From the NCBI RefSeq assembly GCF_002310835.1, contig NZ_CP011041.1, positions 1,140,001 to 1,172,000 of the forward strand: 32,000 nt of DNA, given 5' to 3'. The DNA comes from Pseudoalteromonas tetraodonis. Its GTDB lineage: Bacteria; Pseudomonadota; Gammaproteobacteria; Enterobacterales; Alteromonadaceae. The notes below the pieces were generated by a model that did no database searches, was not told the DNA's origin, and worked only from the letters and a program-made list of their open reading frames with translations. Both the position numbers and the translations under genes were made by a program. Below, in pieces: positions 15,364 to 24,868 of this stretch (positions within the stretch are counted from its first letter, which is position 1; each line of letters opens with the position of its first letter).

Positions 15364-18021
15364 ATGGCAGAAGTAAATGTTGAAAAACTAGCCGGTGATA
15401 TAGGTACAACTGTTGATAAATTACTACAGCAGTTTTCACAAGCCGGTATTACTAAACAAGCAGGCGATAATGTAACTGAAGCTGAAAAAGCGACGTTACT
15501 TGATCACCTAAGCAAGCAACATGGTGGCACGGGCTCTGAAGGCCCTGCTCGCATGACATTGCAACGTAAGAGCAAAAGCACATTAAGTGTGACGGGCTCT
15601 ACGGGTAAAGCAAAAGCTGTGCAAGTTGAAGTTCGTAAAACACGCACTTATGTGAAAAAAAGTGCTGTTGAGCAAGAACAAGAACAGCAACGTCTAGCCG
15701 CTGAAGAAAAAGCACGTCTTGAAGAGCAGCAAAAAGCTGAACAAGCCGCTGCTGAATTAAAGGCAAAACAAGAGGCAGAACGTAAAGCAAAAGAAGACGC
15801 TGATCGTAAAGCCAAAGAAGAAGCTAAACGCAAAGCAGATGCTGAGCGTAAAGCGAAACAACAGCAGATGACCCCTGAGCAAAGTGCTAAGTCTGAGAAA
15901 GATCGCATCGAAGCTGAGCGTCTGCAAAAAGAAGCAGAAGAGGCCGCATTGAAGAAAGCTGAAGAAGAAGCGAAACGTCAAGCAGAAGAGGCAAGAAAGC
16001 TAGCTGAAGAGAACTCAGCACGCTGGAAGAAAGAAGAAGAAGAACGTAAGAAACGCGAAGAAACCGCGGATCACCACCTTACGACTTCAACGTACGCACG
16101 TGAAGCAGAAGATGTAGCTGATGCTCGCGAAGAGCAAGGCTCTCGCCGTGCGAAGAAAAAGAAAAAAGCGCCAGCAAAAGATAAATTTGCAGCGTCTAAA
16201 GGTAAAAAAGGTAAGCTAAAAGCGCCAGCGTCATTACAGCACGGTTTCCAAAAACCAACGGCTGATGTTAAAAACGAAGTGCGTATTAGTGAAACAATTA
16301 CAGTTGCTGAGCTTGCATCACGCATGGCGGTTAAAGGTGCTGAAGTTGTAAAAACTATGATGAAAATGGGTGACATGGTTACTATTAACCAAGTTATTGA
16401 CCAAGAAACTGCGCAACTTGTAGCAGAAGAAATGGGCCATAAAGTTATCATCGTTAAAGAAAACGAATTAGAGCAAACAGTACTTAATGACCGCCATGAA
16501 GATGGTAAGTCAGAGCCACGTGCGCCAGTAGTAACTGTTATGGGTCACGTTGACCACGGTAAAACATCGACGCTTGATTACATTCGTTCAGCTAAAGTTG
16601 CATCAGGCGAAGCCGGTGGTATTACACAGCACATTGGTGCATACCACGTTGAAACTAACGGCAACATGATCACTTTCTTAGATACTCCGGGTCACGCCGC
16701 ATTTACATCAATGCGTGCTCGTGGTGCAAAAGCAACTGATATCGTAATCCTAGTGGTTGCAGCCGATGATGGCGTAATGCCACAAACTAAAGAAGCGGTA
16801 CAGCATGCTCGCGCAGCTGGCGTTCCTTTAATTATTGCTGTTAACAAAATGGATAAAGAAGGCGCAGATCCAGATCGCGTTAAAAACGAACTAGCTCAGC
16901 TAGACGTTATCCCAGAAGAGTGGGGCGGCGATACACAGTACGTGCACATTTCAGCAAAAACTGGTTTAGGTATTGATGACCTGCTAGAAGCTGTATTAAT
17001 GCAATCTGAGCTTTTAGAGTTAAATGCGCCGACCGAAGGTATGGCTGCAGGTGTTGTTATTGAATCACGTCTTGATAAAGGCCGTGGTCCTGTTGCGTCT
17101 ATTCTTGTTCAGTCAGGTACGCTTAATCAAGGTGACATTGTATTATGTGGTCTTGAATACGGCCGTGTTCGTGCAATGCGCGATGAAAACGGTAAAGACA
17201 TTAAGTCTGCCGGTCCTTCTATTCCAGTTGAGATTTTAGGTCTGTCTGGTATTCCAGCTGCCGGTGATGAAGCAACTGTAGTTAAAGATGAGCGAAAAGC
17301 GCGTGAAGTTGCACTTTACCGTCAAGGTAAATTCCGCGATGTTAAACTAGCGCGTCAACAAAAAGCGAAGCTTGAAAACATGTTTACTAACATGACTGAA
17401 GGCGACGTATCTGAAGTTAACGTGGTACTTAAAGCAGACGTTCAAGGTTCAATCGAAGCAATTTCAGACTCATTAACTAAGCTTTCTACTGATGAAGTAA
17501 AAGTGAAGATTGTTGGTTCTGGTGTTGGTGGTATCACTGAAACTGATGCAACTCTTGCGGCAGCGTCTAACGCGATTGTGGTTGGCTTCAACGTTCGTGC
17601 TGATGCATCAGCGCGTAAAGTGATTGATTCTGAAAACCTAGATCTTCGTTACTACAGCGTAATCTACGCGCTAATCGAAGAAGTTAAGCAAGCCATGTCT
17701 GGTATGCTTGCGCCTGAGTTTAAACAAGAAATCATTGGTCTTGCTGAAGTACGTGACGTATTTAAGTCTCCAAAAATTGGTGCAATTGCCGGTTGTATGG
17801 TTACTGAAGGTACTATCAAGCGTAGCGCACCAATTCGTGTACTTCGTGATAACGTGGTTATTTACGAAGGCGAGCTTGAGTCATTACGTCGCTTTAAAGA
17901 TGACGTTGCTGATGTTCGTAACGGCATGGAATGTGGTATCGGCGTTAAGAACTACAATGATGTTCGCGTTGGTGACCAAATCGAAGTATTTGAAACAGTT
18001 GAAGTACAACGTACTCTTTAA
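15364..18021 (+). CDS. infB: Translation initiation factor IF-2
   Basis: The 885-aa product from ATG 15364 (GGAGGT SD) has a Lys/Glu/Ala-rich N-terminal region, the GTPase motifs [13 protein letters not shown] and NKMD, and a conserved C-terminal domain. Confidence 0.95.
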   Translation: MAEVNVEKLAGDIGTTVDKLLQQFSQAGITKQAGDNVTEAEKATLLDHLSKQHGGTGSEGPARMTLQRKSKSTLSVTGSTGKAKAVQVEVRKTRTYVKKSAVEQEQEQQRLAAEEKARLEEQQKAEQAAAELKAKQEAERKAKEDADRKAKEEAKRKADAERKAKQQQMTPEQSAKSEKDRIEAERLQKEAEEAALKKAEEEAKRQAEEARKLAEENSARWKKEEEERKKREETADHHLTTSTYAREAEDVADAREEQGSRRAKKKKKAPAKDKFAASKGKKGKLKAPASLQHGFQKPTADVKNEVRISETITVAELASRMAVKGAEVVKTMMKMGDMVTINQVIDQETAQLVAEEMGHKVIIVKENELEQTVLNDRHEDGKSEPRAPVVTVMGHVDHGKTSTLDYIRSAKVASGEAGGITQHIGAYHVETNGNMITFLDTPGHAAFTSMRARGAKATDIVILVVAADDGVMPQTKEAVQHARAAGVPLIIAVNKMDKEGADPDRVKNELAQLDVIPEEWGGDTQYVHISAKTGLGIDDLLEAVLMQSELLELNAPTEGMAAGVVIESRLDKGRGPVASILVQSGTLNQGDIVLCGLEYGRVRAMRDENGKDIKSAGPSIPVEILGLSGIPAAGDEATVVKDERKAREVALYRQGKFRDVKLARQQKAKLENMFTNMTEGDVSEVNVVLKADVQGSIEAISDSLTKLSTDEVKVKIVGSGVGGITETDATLAAASNAIVVGFNVRADASARKVIDSENLDLRYYSVIYALIEEVKQAMSGMLAPEFKQEIIGLAEVRDVFKSPKIGAIAGCMVTEGTIKRSAPIRVLRDNVVIYEGELESLRRFKDDVADVRNGMECGIGVKNYNDVRVGDQIEVFETVEVQRTL

Positions 18022-18091
18022 TTGTTATTAGGTGGTGTTGGACATTCAAGGTTGTACCTCGATAGCCCAACATAACCTATGCTAAGATTTT

Positions 18092-18114
18092 AAATGGGGG
18101 CTCAGCCCCCATTT
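18092..18114 (+). terminator. GC-rich hairpin between infB and rbfA (partial terminator or RNA processing/stability element)
   Basis: AAATGGGGGC/GCCCCCATTT forms a 10-bp stem with a 3-nt loop. No strong T-run lies beyond the stem. Confidence 0.4.
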
Positions 18115-18178
18115 GTGTATCCATTATTTAGTTAGCTTATTATTATTTTTCAATAAGTTATAATTTTAGGAAAGTGAA

Positions 18179-18586
18179 ATGAGAGAATTTTCTCGCACTG
18201 ATCGTGTTGCTCAGCAAATTCAAAAAGAAATTGCGGTGATTTTACAACGCGAAATTAAAGATCCACGCTTGGGCATGGTGACAGTGTCTGCGGTAGAAGT
18301 ATCGCGCGATTTATCTTATGCCAAAGTTTTCATTACTGTGTTTAACACTGAAGATGAAAATGCAGCCAAGCAAAGTGCCAAAGTACTTAACGAAGCAACC
18401 GGTTATATCCGCTCGTTGCTAGGTAAACGTATTCGTGCGCGAATCATGCCTGAGCTTAAATTTGTGGTTGATAATTCATTAATGGAAGGGATGCGAATCT
18501 CTAACTTAGTGGACTCTATCATTCGTGAAGATAATGCTAAGCATGTTGATGATGAAACAGATAGCGAAGAAGGCACTAAAGACTAA
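18179..18586 (+). CDS. rbfA: Ribosome-binding factor A
   Basis: The 135-aa product has [29 protein letters not shown] and ELKFVVD, and it holds the conserved position after infB. Confidence 0.9.
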   Translation: MREFSRTDRVAQQIQKEIAVILQREIKDPRLGMVTVSAVEVSRDLSYAKVFITVFNTEDENAAKQSAKVLNEATGYIRSLLGKRIRARIMPELKFVVDNSLMEGMRISNLVDSIIREDNAKHVDDETDSEEGTKD

Positions 18587-19530
18587 TGGCAAGACGCAGT
18601 AAAGGCCGTCCAGTTGATGGTATTTTGTTGTTAAACAAACCAGAAGGTATTTCATCAAACAAAGCACTGCAGCAAGCGAAAGGTATTTATTTTGCTCAAA
18701 AAGCGGGGCACACTGGTGCGCTCGATCCGCTTGCGACCGGTATGCTGCCTATTTGTTTTGGTGAAGCCACTAAGTTTACCCAGTTTTTACTCGATACAGA
18801 TAAAACCTATGTTGTGCGAGCAAAACTGGGTGAGCGTACTACCACGTCAGACTCTGATGGTGAAGTGGTCGAAACGCGTGATGTTAATGTTACTGCTGAA
18901 CTGCTTACACAGGAAATTGCTAAATTTTTAGGTGAGTCAGATCAATACCCATCAATGTACTCAGCGCTTAAATATGAAGGCAAGCCTTTATATAAATATG
19001 CGCGTGAAGGCATAGAAGTTCCTCGCAAATGTCGAAAAATTAACGTATTTAGCTTAACGCTTGATGAGTTTGATGAGCAAGCCAACGAAATACAAATGAC
19101 TGCCCATGTATCTAAAGGCACATATATTCGTACTATCGTTGATGACTTAGGTGAAAACCTTGGCTGCGGCGCGCATGTGATTATGCTGCATCGTAGTGCT
19201 GTAGGGCATTACCCAGCAGATAAAATGGTCACACTTGAGCAGTTAGAAACGTTATTAAATCAAGCGAAAGAACAAGACGTTGCGCCTTCTACTTACCTTG
19301 ACGAACTATTATTGCCAATGGATACCGCGTTAGTTGATTTACCTGTTGTGGAAATTACTAAAGAGCAGGGAATAGCATTTAGCCATGGTCAAGCTGTGGT
19401 GCTAGGTAAAGAATTACCTGAAGGTGCAATAAAAGTTCTGGCTGACGGAATCTTTATTGGTACTGGTGAACGTAATCCTGATGGCCATCTAAAATCAAAA
19501 CGTGGCTTGTCTAATCAGCAACCAGAGTAA
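18586..19530 (+). CDS. truB: tRNA pseudouridine-55 synthase TruB
   Basis: The 314-aa product has GILLLNKPEGISSN, KAGHTGALDPLATGMLPICFGEATK (catalytic Asp motif) and YIRT. Its start overlaps the rbfA stop (TAATG). Confidence 0.95.
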   Translation: MARRSKGRPVDGILLLNKPEGISSNKALQQAKGIYFAQKAGHTGALDPLATGMLPICFGEATKFTQFLLDTDKTYVVRAKLGERTTTSDSDGEVVETRDVNVTAELLTQEIAKFLGESDQYPSMYSALKYEGKPLYKYAREGIEVPRKCRKINVFSLTLDEFDEQANEIQMTAHVSKGTYIRTIVDDLGENLGCGAHVIMLHRSAVGHYPADKMVTLEQLETLLNQAKEQDVAPSTYLDELLLPMDTALVDLPVVEITKEQGIAFSHGQAVVLGKELPEGAIKVLADGIFIGTGERNPDGHLKSKRGLSNQQPE

Positions 19531-19538
19531 AGTTTAAC

Positions 19539-19566
19539 TTGTAGTTATGCTGATAATTGGTAGAAT
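19539..19566 (+). promoter_or_regulatory. Candidate rpsO promoter (extended -10)
   Basis: It has -35 TTGTAG (19539-19544), a 16-nt spacer and TGgTAGAAT, with the -10 TAGAAT at 19561-19566. It lies about 70 nt upstream of the rpsO ATG. Confidence 0.5.
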
Positions 19567-19639
19567 ACGCCCGCTTAATCGTTTTGGCTGAATTAGTGAT
19601 CGGCTAAAGCACCTATTAAATTTAACTTTTGGAGTTATT

Positions 19640-19909
19640 ATGTCACTAAGCAATCAAGAAAAAATCGATATCATTGCTAAATTCGCACGCGCTGAAGGCG
19701 ACACTGGTTCACCTGAAGTACAAGTAGCATTACTTACTTTTGATATCAACAAGCTTCAAGGTCACTTTGCTGATCACAAGCATGACTTCCACTCACGTCG
19801 TGGTCTGCTTCGTAAAGTAAGCACTCGCCGTAAACTGCTTGATTACCTTAAAGGTAAAGATATCTCGCGTTACACTGCGTTAATCAAAGAGCTTGGCCTA
19901 CGTCGCTAA
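19640..19909 (+). CDS. rpsO: 30S ribosomal protein S15
   Basis: The 89-aa product contains [44 protein letters not shown]. Confidence 0.97.
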   Translation: MSLSNQEKIDIIAKFARAEGDTGSPEVQVALLTFDINKLQGHFADHKHDFHSRRGLLRKVSTRRKLLDYLKGKDISRYTALIKELGLRR

Positions 19910-19923
19910 GAACTTGATTATCA

Positions 19924-19951
19924 AAAGGGGAGCTTTTTAGCTCCTTTTTTT
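19924..19951 (+). terminator. rpsO Rho-independent terminator
   Basis: The stem GGAGCT/AGCTCC is preceded by AAAAGG and followed by a 7-T run. Confidence 0.8.
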
Positions 19952-20155
19952 GTGTCTGAATTTTCTCGCTTTCCCCAGTACTTCTTAGTAAACCCCTTGA
20001 AATATCGAATAAAAGCCATACTATTATCTTTCACAAAGCGAATGTTTTTGACATTGCTGCAAGCACTATTTTATCTCGGTGCTAAGCTCGCAATTTTACC
20101 TGACTTTGTTATATACTATGGCGCGTAGATAAAAAGGTTTATCTACGGTTATTTA

Positions 20156-20228
20156 CATCATTGCCAATTGTAGTACTTAATTGATTTCCAACTGAATACA
20201 ATTATGTACTGTAATTGGTACTTTGATG
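20156..20228 (+). promoter_or_regulatory. Long imperfect hairpin in the pnp leader (candidate RNase III autoregulatory stem)
   Basis: CATCA..CCAATT..AGTAC (20156-20176) pairs with GTACT..AATTGG..TGATG (20206-20228). It ends 43 nt upstream of the pnp start. E. coli pnp mRNA carries an RNase III-cleaved leader stem used for PNPase autoregulation. Confidence 0.5.
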
Positions 20229-20271
20229 AAAACTTAATTAATACTAAAAATACATTTAAGGAATATTTTAA

Positions 20272-22398
20272 GTGCAAGCAATTATAAAAGAATTTCAACT
20301 AGGTCAACACACAGTGACGCTAGAAACAGGTGCTATCGCCCGTCAAGCAGATGGCGCAGTACTAGCAAGCATTGGCGACACGTCAGTGCTAGTAACGGTT
20401 GTTGGTAAGCGTGAAGCTCAACCAGGCCAAGACTTTTTCCCACTAACAGTTAACTACCAAGAGCGTATGTACGCTGCAGGTCGTATCCCAGGTGGTTTCC
20501 TTAAGCGTGAAGGTCGTCCTAACGATGGCGAAACGCTAATTGCACGTCTTATTGACCGTCCAATTCGTCCACTTTTTCCAAATGGTTTCGTAAACGAAGT
20601 ACAAGTTATCGCGACTGTTGTTTCTGTAAACCCTGAAATCCAACCTGATATGGTTGCGATGATTGGTACATCAGCAGCACTTGCTATCTCTGGTATCCCG
20701 TTCAGCGGTCCAATTGGTGCATCACGTGTTGGTTACATCAACGGTGAATACGTACTTAACCCAACACTAAAAGAGCTTGAAGAAAGCCAACTTGATTTAG
20801 TTGTTGCTGGTACTGATAACGCCGTACTTATGGTTGAATCAGAAGCAGACGTACTTGCTGAAGACGTAATGCTAGGCGCAGTTGTATACGGCCATGAGCA
20901 ATCACAGTCTATCATCAAGGCAATCAACGAATTTAAAGCAGAAGCAGGCAAACCTACTTGGGATTGGACTGCACCTGAGAAAAACGTTGCATTAGAAGAG
21001 AAAGTAGCAACACTTGCTGCTGATAAAGTAGGCGAAGCTTACCGTATTACTGATAAAGTAGCGCGTAAAGAAGCATTAACTGCAGCAAAAGATGCCGTAG
21101 TTGAAGCGCTTACTAGCGAACTTGCTGAAGGCGAAACGCTTGATAAGCAAGAAGTAGGTAAAGTATTCGGTTCACTTGAGAAGAAAATCGTTCGTGGCCG
21201 TATCGCTGCTGGCGAAAAACGTATCGATGGTCGTGAACCAGATATGATCCGTGCACTAGATGTAATGACGGGCGTACTTCCACGTACTCACGGTTCTGCA
21301 ATCTTTACACGTGGTGAAACGCAAGCATTAGTAACAGCAACACTTGGTACAGAACGTGACTCACAGTTAATCGATGATTTAACTGGCACGCACAAAAACC
21401 ACTTTATGCTTAACTACAACTTCCCTCCATTCTGTGTAGGTGAAACGGGTTTTGTAGGTTCTCCTAAGCGTCGTGAAATCGGCCACGGTAACCTAGCTAA
21501 GCGTGGTATCCAAGCTGTAATGCCAACATTAACTGAGTTCCCTTACTCAATTCGTGTTGTATCTGAAATCACTGAATCAAATGGTTCATCTTCAATGGCA
21601 TCGGTTTGTGGTACGTCTCTAGCGCTTATGAACGCGGGTGTACCAATTAAAGCCTCTGTTGCGGGTATCGCGATGGGCCTAGTTAAAGAAGAAGAAAACT
21701 TTGTAGTACTTTCAGATATCTTAGGTGATGAAGATCACTTAGGTGACATGGACTTTAAAGTAGCGGGTACAACTAACGGTATCACTGCACTACAAATGGA
21801 TATCAAGATTGAAGGTATCACGCAAGAAATCATGCAAATCGCGCTTAAGCAAGCTAAAGCAGCTCGTTTACACATTCTAGGTGTGATGGACGAAGCGATT
21901 TCTGCACCTTCTGAAGAGTTATCTATGTTTGCTCCGCGTATTTACACGATGCAAATCCCACAGAAGAAAATTGCTGAAGTAATCGGTAAAGGTGGCGCAA
22001 CTATTCGTCAACTTACTGAAGAAACAGGTACTACGATTGAAATCGGTGATGATGGCACAATCAAAATTGCTGCTACAGACGGTGAAAGTGCAGCAAATGC
22101 AATTAGCCGTATTGAGCAATTAACTGCTGAGCTTGAAGTTGGTACTATCTACGAAGGTAAAGTTGTACGTATCGTTGACTTTGGTGCGTTTGTAAATATT
22201 CTTCCTGGAAAAGATGGCCTAGTGCATATCTCACAAATCAGCACAGAGCGTGTTAACAACGTTGCTGACCACCTTAGTGAAGGTCAAGAAGTTAAAGTTA
22301 AAGTACTAGAAGTAGACCGCCAAGGCCGTGTACGTCTAAGTATTAAAGAAGCAATGGAATCAGCAGCACCTGCAGCTGACGAGTCTAAAGACGCGTAA
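20272..22398 (+). CDS. pnp: Polyribonucleotide nucleotidyltransferase (PNPase)
   Basis: The 708-aa product is near-colinear with E. coli PNPase ([67 protein letters not shown] and S1 domains). It uses a GTG start with an AAGGAA SD; the E. coli gene also uses a non-ATG start. Confidence 0.97.
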   Translation: MQAIIKEFQLGQHTVTLETGAIARQADGAVLASIGDTSVLVTVVGKREAQPGQDFFPLTVNYQERMYAAGRIPGGFLKREGRPNDGETLIARLIDRPIRPLFPNGFVNEVQVIATVVSVNPEIQPDMVAMIGTSAALAISGIPFSGPIGASRVGYINGEYVLNPTLKELEESQLDLVVAGTDNAVLMVESEADVLAEDVMLGAVVYGHEQSQSIIKAINEFKAEAGKPTWDWTAPEKNVALEEKVATLAADKVGEAYRITDKVARKEALTAAKDAVVEALTSELAEGETLDKQEVGKVFGSLEKKIVRGRIAAGEKRIDGREPDMIRALDVMTGVLPRTHGSAIFTRGETQALVTATLGTERDSQLIDDLTGTHKNHFMLNYNFPPFCVGETGFVGSPKRREIGHGNLAKRGIQAVMPTLTEFPYSIRVVSEITESNGSSSMASVCGTSLALMNAGVPIKASVAGIAMGLVKEEENFVVLSDILGDEDHLGDMDFKVAGTTNGITALQMDIKIEGITQEIMQIALKQAKAARLHILGVMDEAISAPSEELSMFAPRIYTMQIPQKKIAEVIGKGGATIRQLTEETGTTIEIGDDGTIKIAATDGESAANAISRIEQLTAELEVGTIYEGKVVRIVDFGAFVNILPGKDGLVHISQISTERVNNVADHLSEGQEVKVKVLEVDRQGRVRLSIKEAMESAAPAADESKDA

Positions 22399-22435
22399 TT
22401 GCTAATCTTTCATCCAGATAATTACTGGATAGTAT

Positions 22436-22464
22436 AAAAAGGGGCTGTTTAGCCCCTTTTTTTA
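22436..22464 (+). terminator. pnp Rho-independent terminator
   Basis: The stem GGGGCT/AGCCCC is preceded by AAAAA and followed by a 7-T run. A smaller hairpin, ATCCAG/CTGGAT, lies at 22412-22430. Confidence 0.8.
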
Positions 22465-22583
22465 TGCTTTAATGTTAGCAATCTATTGTGTTCAAGACGT
22501 TAAGTAACATATAACAAGAATGAACCTTACAAGACAGCTTATGTCTTATCTATTTGCTACTTACCTCGGTATTAAGGATTTTA

Positions 22584-23456
22584 ATGAGACTTAAACATTT
22601 AGCCTTGGCATCTTTTGCTATTTTGTCTTTAAGCGCTTGTCAGGCTACTACTAAACCCGCTGCTATTATTAATGTGCCATTTACTGCGCCACTTGCATCA
22701 GACTTTAGAAATGAAATTGCCATTGCTCGTTTTTCAGAGCTATTAAATAGAGCAGACTTAAGTACAGAGCAACAAGCAAAGCTGTATTATGACCGTGGTG
22801 TGCTGTTTGATAGCTTAGGCATGACAACTTTATCGCGAATTGATTTTAACCGAGCGGTTAAGCTTAAGCCCGACTTGGCTGAAGTGTATAACTTTTTGGG
22901 GATTCAACATACCTTGATGCAGCAATACGAAAAAGCATACGAGTATTTTGATTCAGCCATAGAGTTAGACCAAGAACATGAATATGCGTATTTAAATCGT
23001 GGTATTGCTTTGTACTATGGTGATAGAGCTACGCTTGCAAAGGATGACTTTAAAACGTTTTTGGAGCGCTCTCCTAACGATCCTTATCGTGTGCTGTGGC
23101 TTTATTTAGCGCAGGCCGCACAAGATAAAACTCAGGCACTCGCTTCGTTAAAAGCTAATGCGGCGGCCCTTGATGAAAATGAATGGGCATACCAGCTTAT
23201 TGCCTTGTATGTAGGTGATATGAGTGAAAAAGCATTTTTTTCAGGGATAGCCGATGGTGTAAGTTCACAACAAGAATATGCTCAACGTTTATGTGAAGCT
23301 TATTTTTACTTAGCTAAACAGCACCAAGCCGCAGGTGAGCTTTCAATTGCAACAGATTACTTTAAGTTGGCGCTGGCCACGAACGTTCATGAATTTATAG
23401 AATATAAATATGCACGTTTAGAGCTTGAGTTGATGGCAAGTGAAAGCGCGGGCTAA
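22584..23456 (+). CDS. nlpI: Lipoprotein NlpI (TPR repeats)
   Basis: The 290-aa product from ATG 22584 (AAGGA SD) has a lipobox (LSLSAC) and TPR-type repeats (LYYDRGVLFDSLGM, AEVYNFLGI, AYLNRGIALYYG). It holds the conserved position after pnp. Confidence 0.85.
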   Translation: MRLKHLALASFAILSLSACQATTKPAAIINVPFTAPLASDFRNEIAIARFSELLNRADLSTEQQAKLYYDRGVLFDSLGMTTLSRIDFNRAVKLKPDLAEVYNFLGIQHTLMQQYEKAYEYFDSAIELDQEHEYAYLNRGIALYYGDRATLAKDDFKTFLERSPNDPYRVLWLYLAQAAQDKTQALASLKANAAALDENEWAYQLIALYVGDMSEKAFFSGIADGVSSQQEYAQRLCEAYFYLAKQHQAAGELSIATDYFKLALATNVHEFIEYKYARLELELMASESAG

Positions 23457-24579
23457 TTTTTTTAAATTAAGTATTTTATTACTGTGCACTAGCTTAATTA
23501 GTGGCTCCAGTAATAAACAAAATAGCATTGGCTTTTGGCAAGTATTGCACGCCAAAGCCAATGTGATTGATAGTTATTGGCAATTCCCTGGTTACTTTGC
23601 ATCGCATATTTTACAACTCCCCCCGACCTCATTAGCCACCTTAGCACGCAATAAAATAGCCCATGCACAATACGGATATGGGTTATCATTAATAGCCAAT
23701 AATCAAACTGAAACCGCCAAGCTCTTTTGGCAAGCAAGCCTCGATGAGATAACAATTAAACAACAAAAACATCTCGCAGCTTCATTGCTTGCTCAACAGC
23801 GTTGGCAAGATTTAGCGTTATTAAAAGCTCACAATAAGTTACCTAAAGGGGATGCCTTTTATCATTTACAGTTACAACAGCATGCTCCCTTCGATGCATT
23901 AAACAACTCCTTTATGAATAAATTAGGGTTTTTGGTAGCGAGCGATCAAATTGAGATACAAAAGCAATGCACATTTAATGTGCTAATGCTGAGCGATCAC
24001 CGTGATGGTTTATATAGGCTCAACCACTTTGTGAAAAAATACGCACAACACCCAGAGCCTAGTAGTAATGCATTTTGTTTTTCAAAGCCTATATATGTTG
24101 GTAATGCAATTGCTTGTAACAGCACTAAAGCAACGCTTGCGCAGTGCGATTGGCAACAGTCATCACTTAAGCAGCGGCTTCCTAAAGGATTCGATTTTGC
24201 GATTATGATGCCCAAGCAAGGTACTGCCAATGTGCATCAGGGCTTAATGCATATTAACTCGCAGGCTAATTATGCAGTCTTTTTACATGAATTAATGCAC
24301 TTTAATGGTTTTGAAGATGAATATGCTTTACCAGCAAAAAAACAAGCTTGGCTTTGTCAGCTTGAGGGGTTGGTTGCCCCTAACTTGTTTATTGCTCATA
24401 ACACTGATGCGCCAAAAGGATGGCACAAAAGCAAAAGCTGTCAGCAAGGAGGTGTTGCTTATAAGCCAAGCGCACAGTGGTCTATTATGCAATATCAACA
24501 GGTTGGACTTTCAGAGCAATATCGGGCTTTGTGGCAAACTCATATAGAGCAACATGCAGATTTATTCCCGCGCTTTTAA
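23440..24579 (+). CDS. Secreted Cys-rich metzincin-like putative zinc metallopeptidase (HExxHxxGxxD plus a SIMQY Met-turn-like motif)
   Basis: The 379-aa ORF has an N-terminal signal-like segment (FFKLSILLLCTSLISGS). HELMHFNGFED is at 24286-24318 and SIMQY at 24481-24495, about 65 aa downstream. The only plausible start is GTG 23440, which overlaps nlpI by 17 nt, and its SD is weak. Confidence 0.6.
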   Translation: MKARANFFKLSILLLCTSLISGSSNKQNSIGFWQVLHAKANVIDSYWQFPGYFASHILQLPPTSLATLARNKIAHAQYGYGLSLIANNQTETAKLFWQASLDEITIKQQKHLAASLLAQQRWQDLALLKAHNKLPKGDAFYHLQLQQHAPFDALNNSFMNKLGFLVASDQIEIQKQCTFNVLMLSDHRDGLYRLNHFVKKYAQHPEPSSNAFCFSKPIYVGNAIACNSTKATLAQCDWQQSSLKQRLPKGFDFAIMMPKQGTANVHQGLMHINSQANYAVFLHELMHFNGFEDEYALPAKKQAWLCQLEGLVAPNLFIAHNTDAPKGWHKSKSCQQGGVAYKPSAQWSIMQYQQVGLSEQYRALWQTHIEQHADLFPRF

Positions 24580-24868
24580 TCATTAAATAGAGTGCTTTTA
24601 GGTTGTTTAACCAATGATTATATGAGCCTATTAAAACTGCTTAAAAGCTGAGCCGGTTTTATCCCAGTTCATTAATTTATAGACTTTTTTGTTTGATTAT
24701 TGCCCCGCTAGAAGCGCTTTCTATAGACAAAAACCGTGTTTATCAGTATAACTGTACGTATTAATGTTGTTAAAAAACAGATATAAAACGTATACCCAAG
24801 TCACTTTGGTATTTAATAATAACAAGTAGCGAATTGATAAACTTTATGATTCAAAAAGGCCCTTCATT

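Noticed and set aside
15599-16451. A cluster of antisense and alternative-frame ORFs (15599-15790, 15648-15908, 15757-15981, 16071-16451, all minus strand) inside infB.
   Set aside because: They lie opposite the Lys/Glu/Ala-rich low-complexity region of IF-2. GAA/AAA/GCN repeats leave the complementary frames stop-free. The translations are Ser/Phe/Cys/Leu-rich nonsense with no start context.
18159-18164. A TATAAT hexamer just upstream of rbfA, as a possible internal promoter.
   Set aside because: There is no acceptable -35 at 16-18 nt, and the implied TSS would fall inside the rbfA ribosome-binding site.
24709-24716. The AAGCGCTT palindrome upstream of mrpA, as a regulator binding site.
   Set aside because: It is only 8 bp with no second half-site or repeat, which is expected by chance. 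I mention it under the mrp finding but do not call it as a feature.
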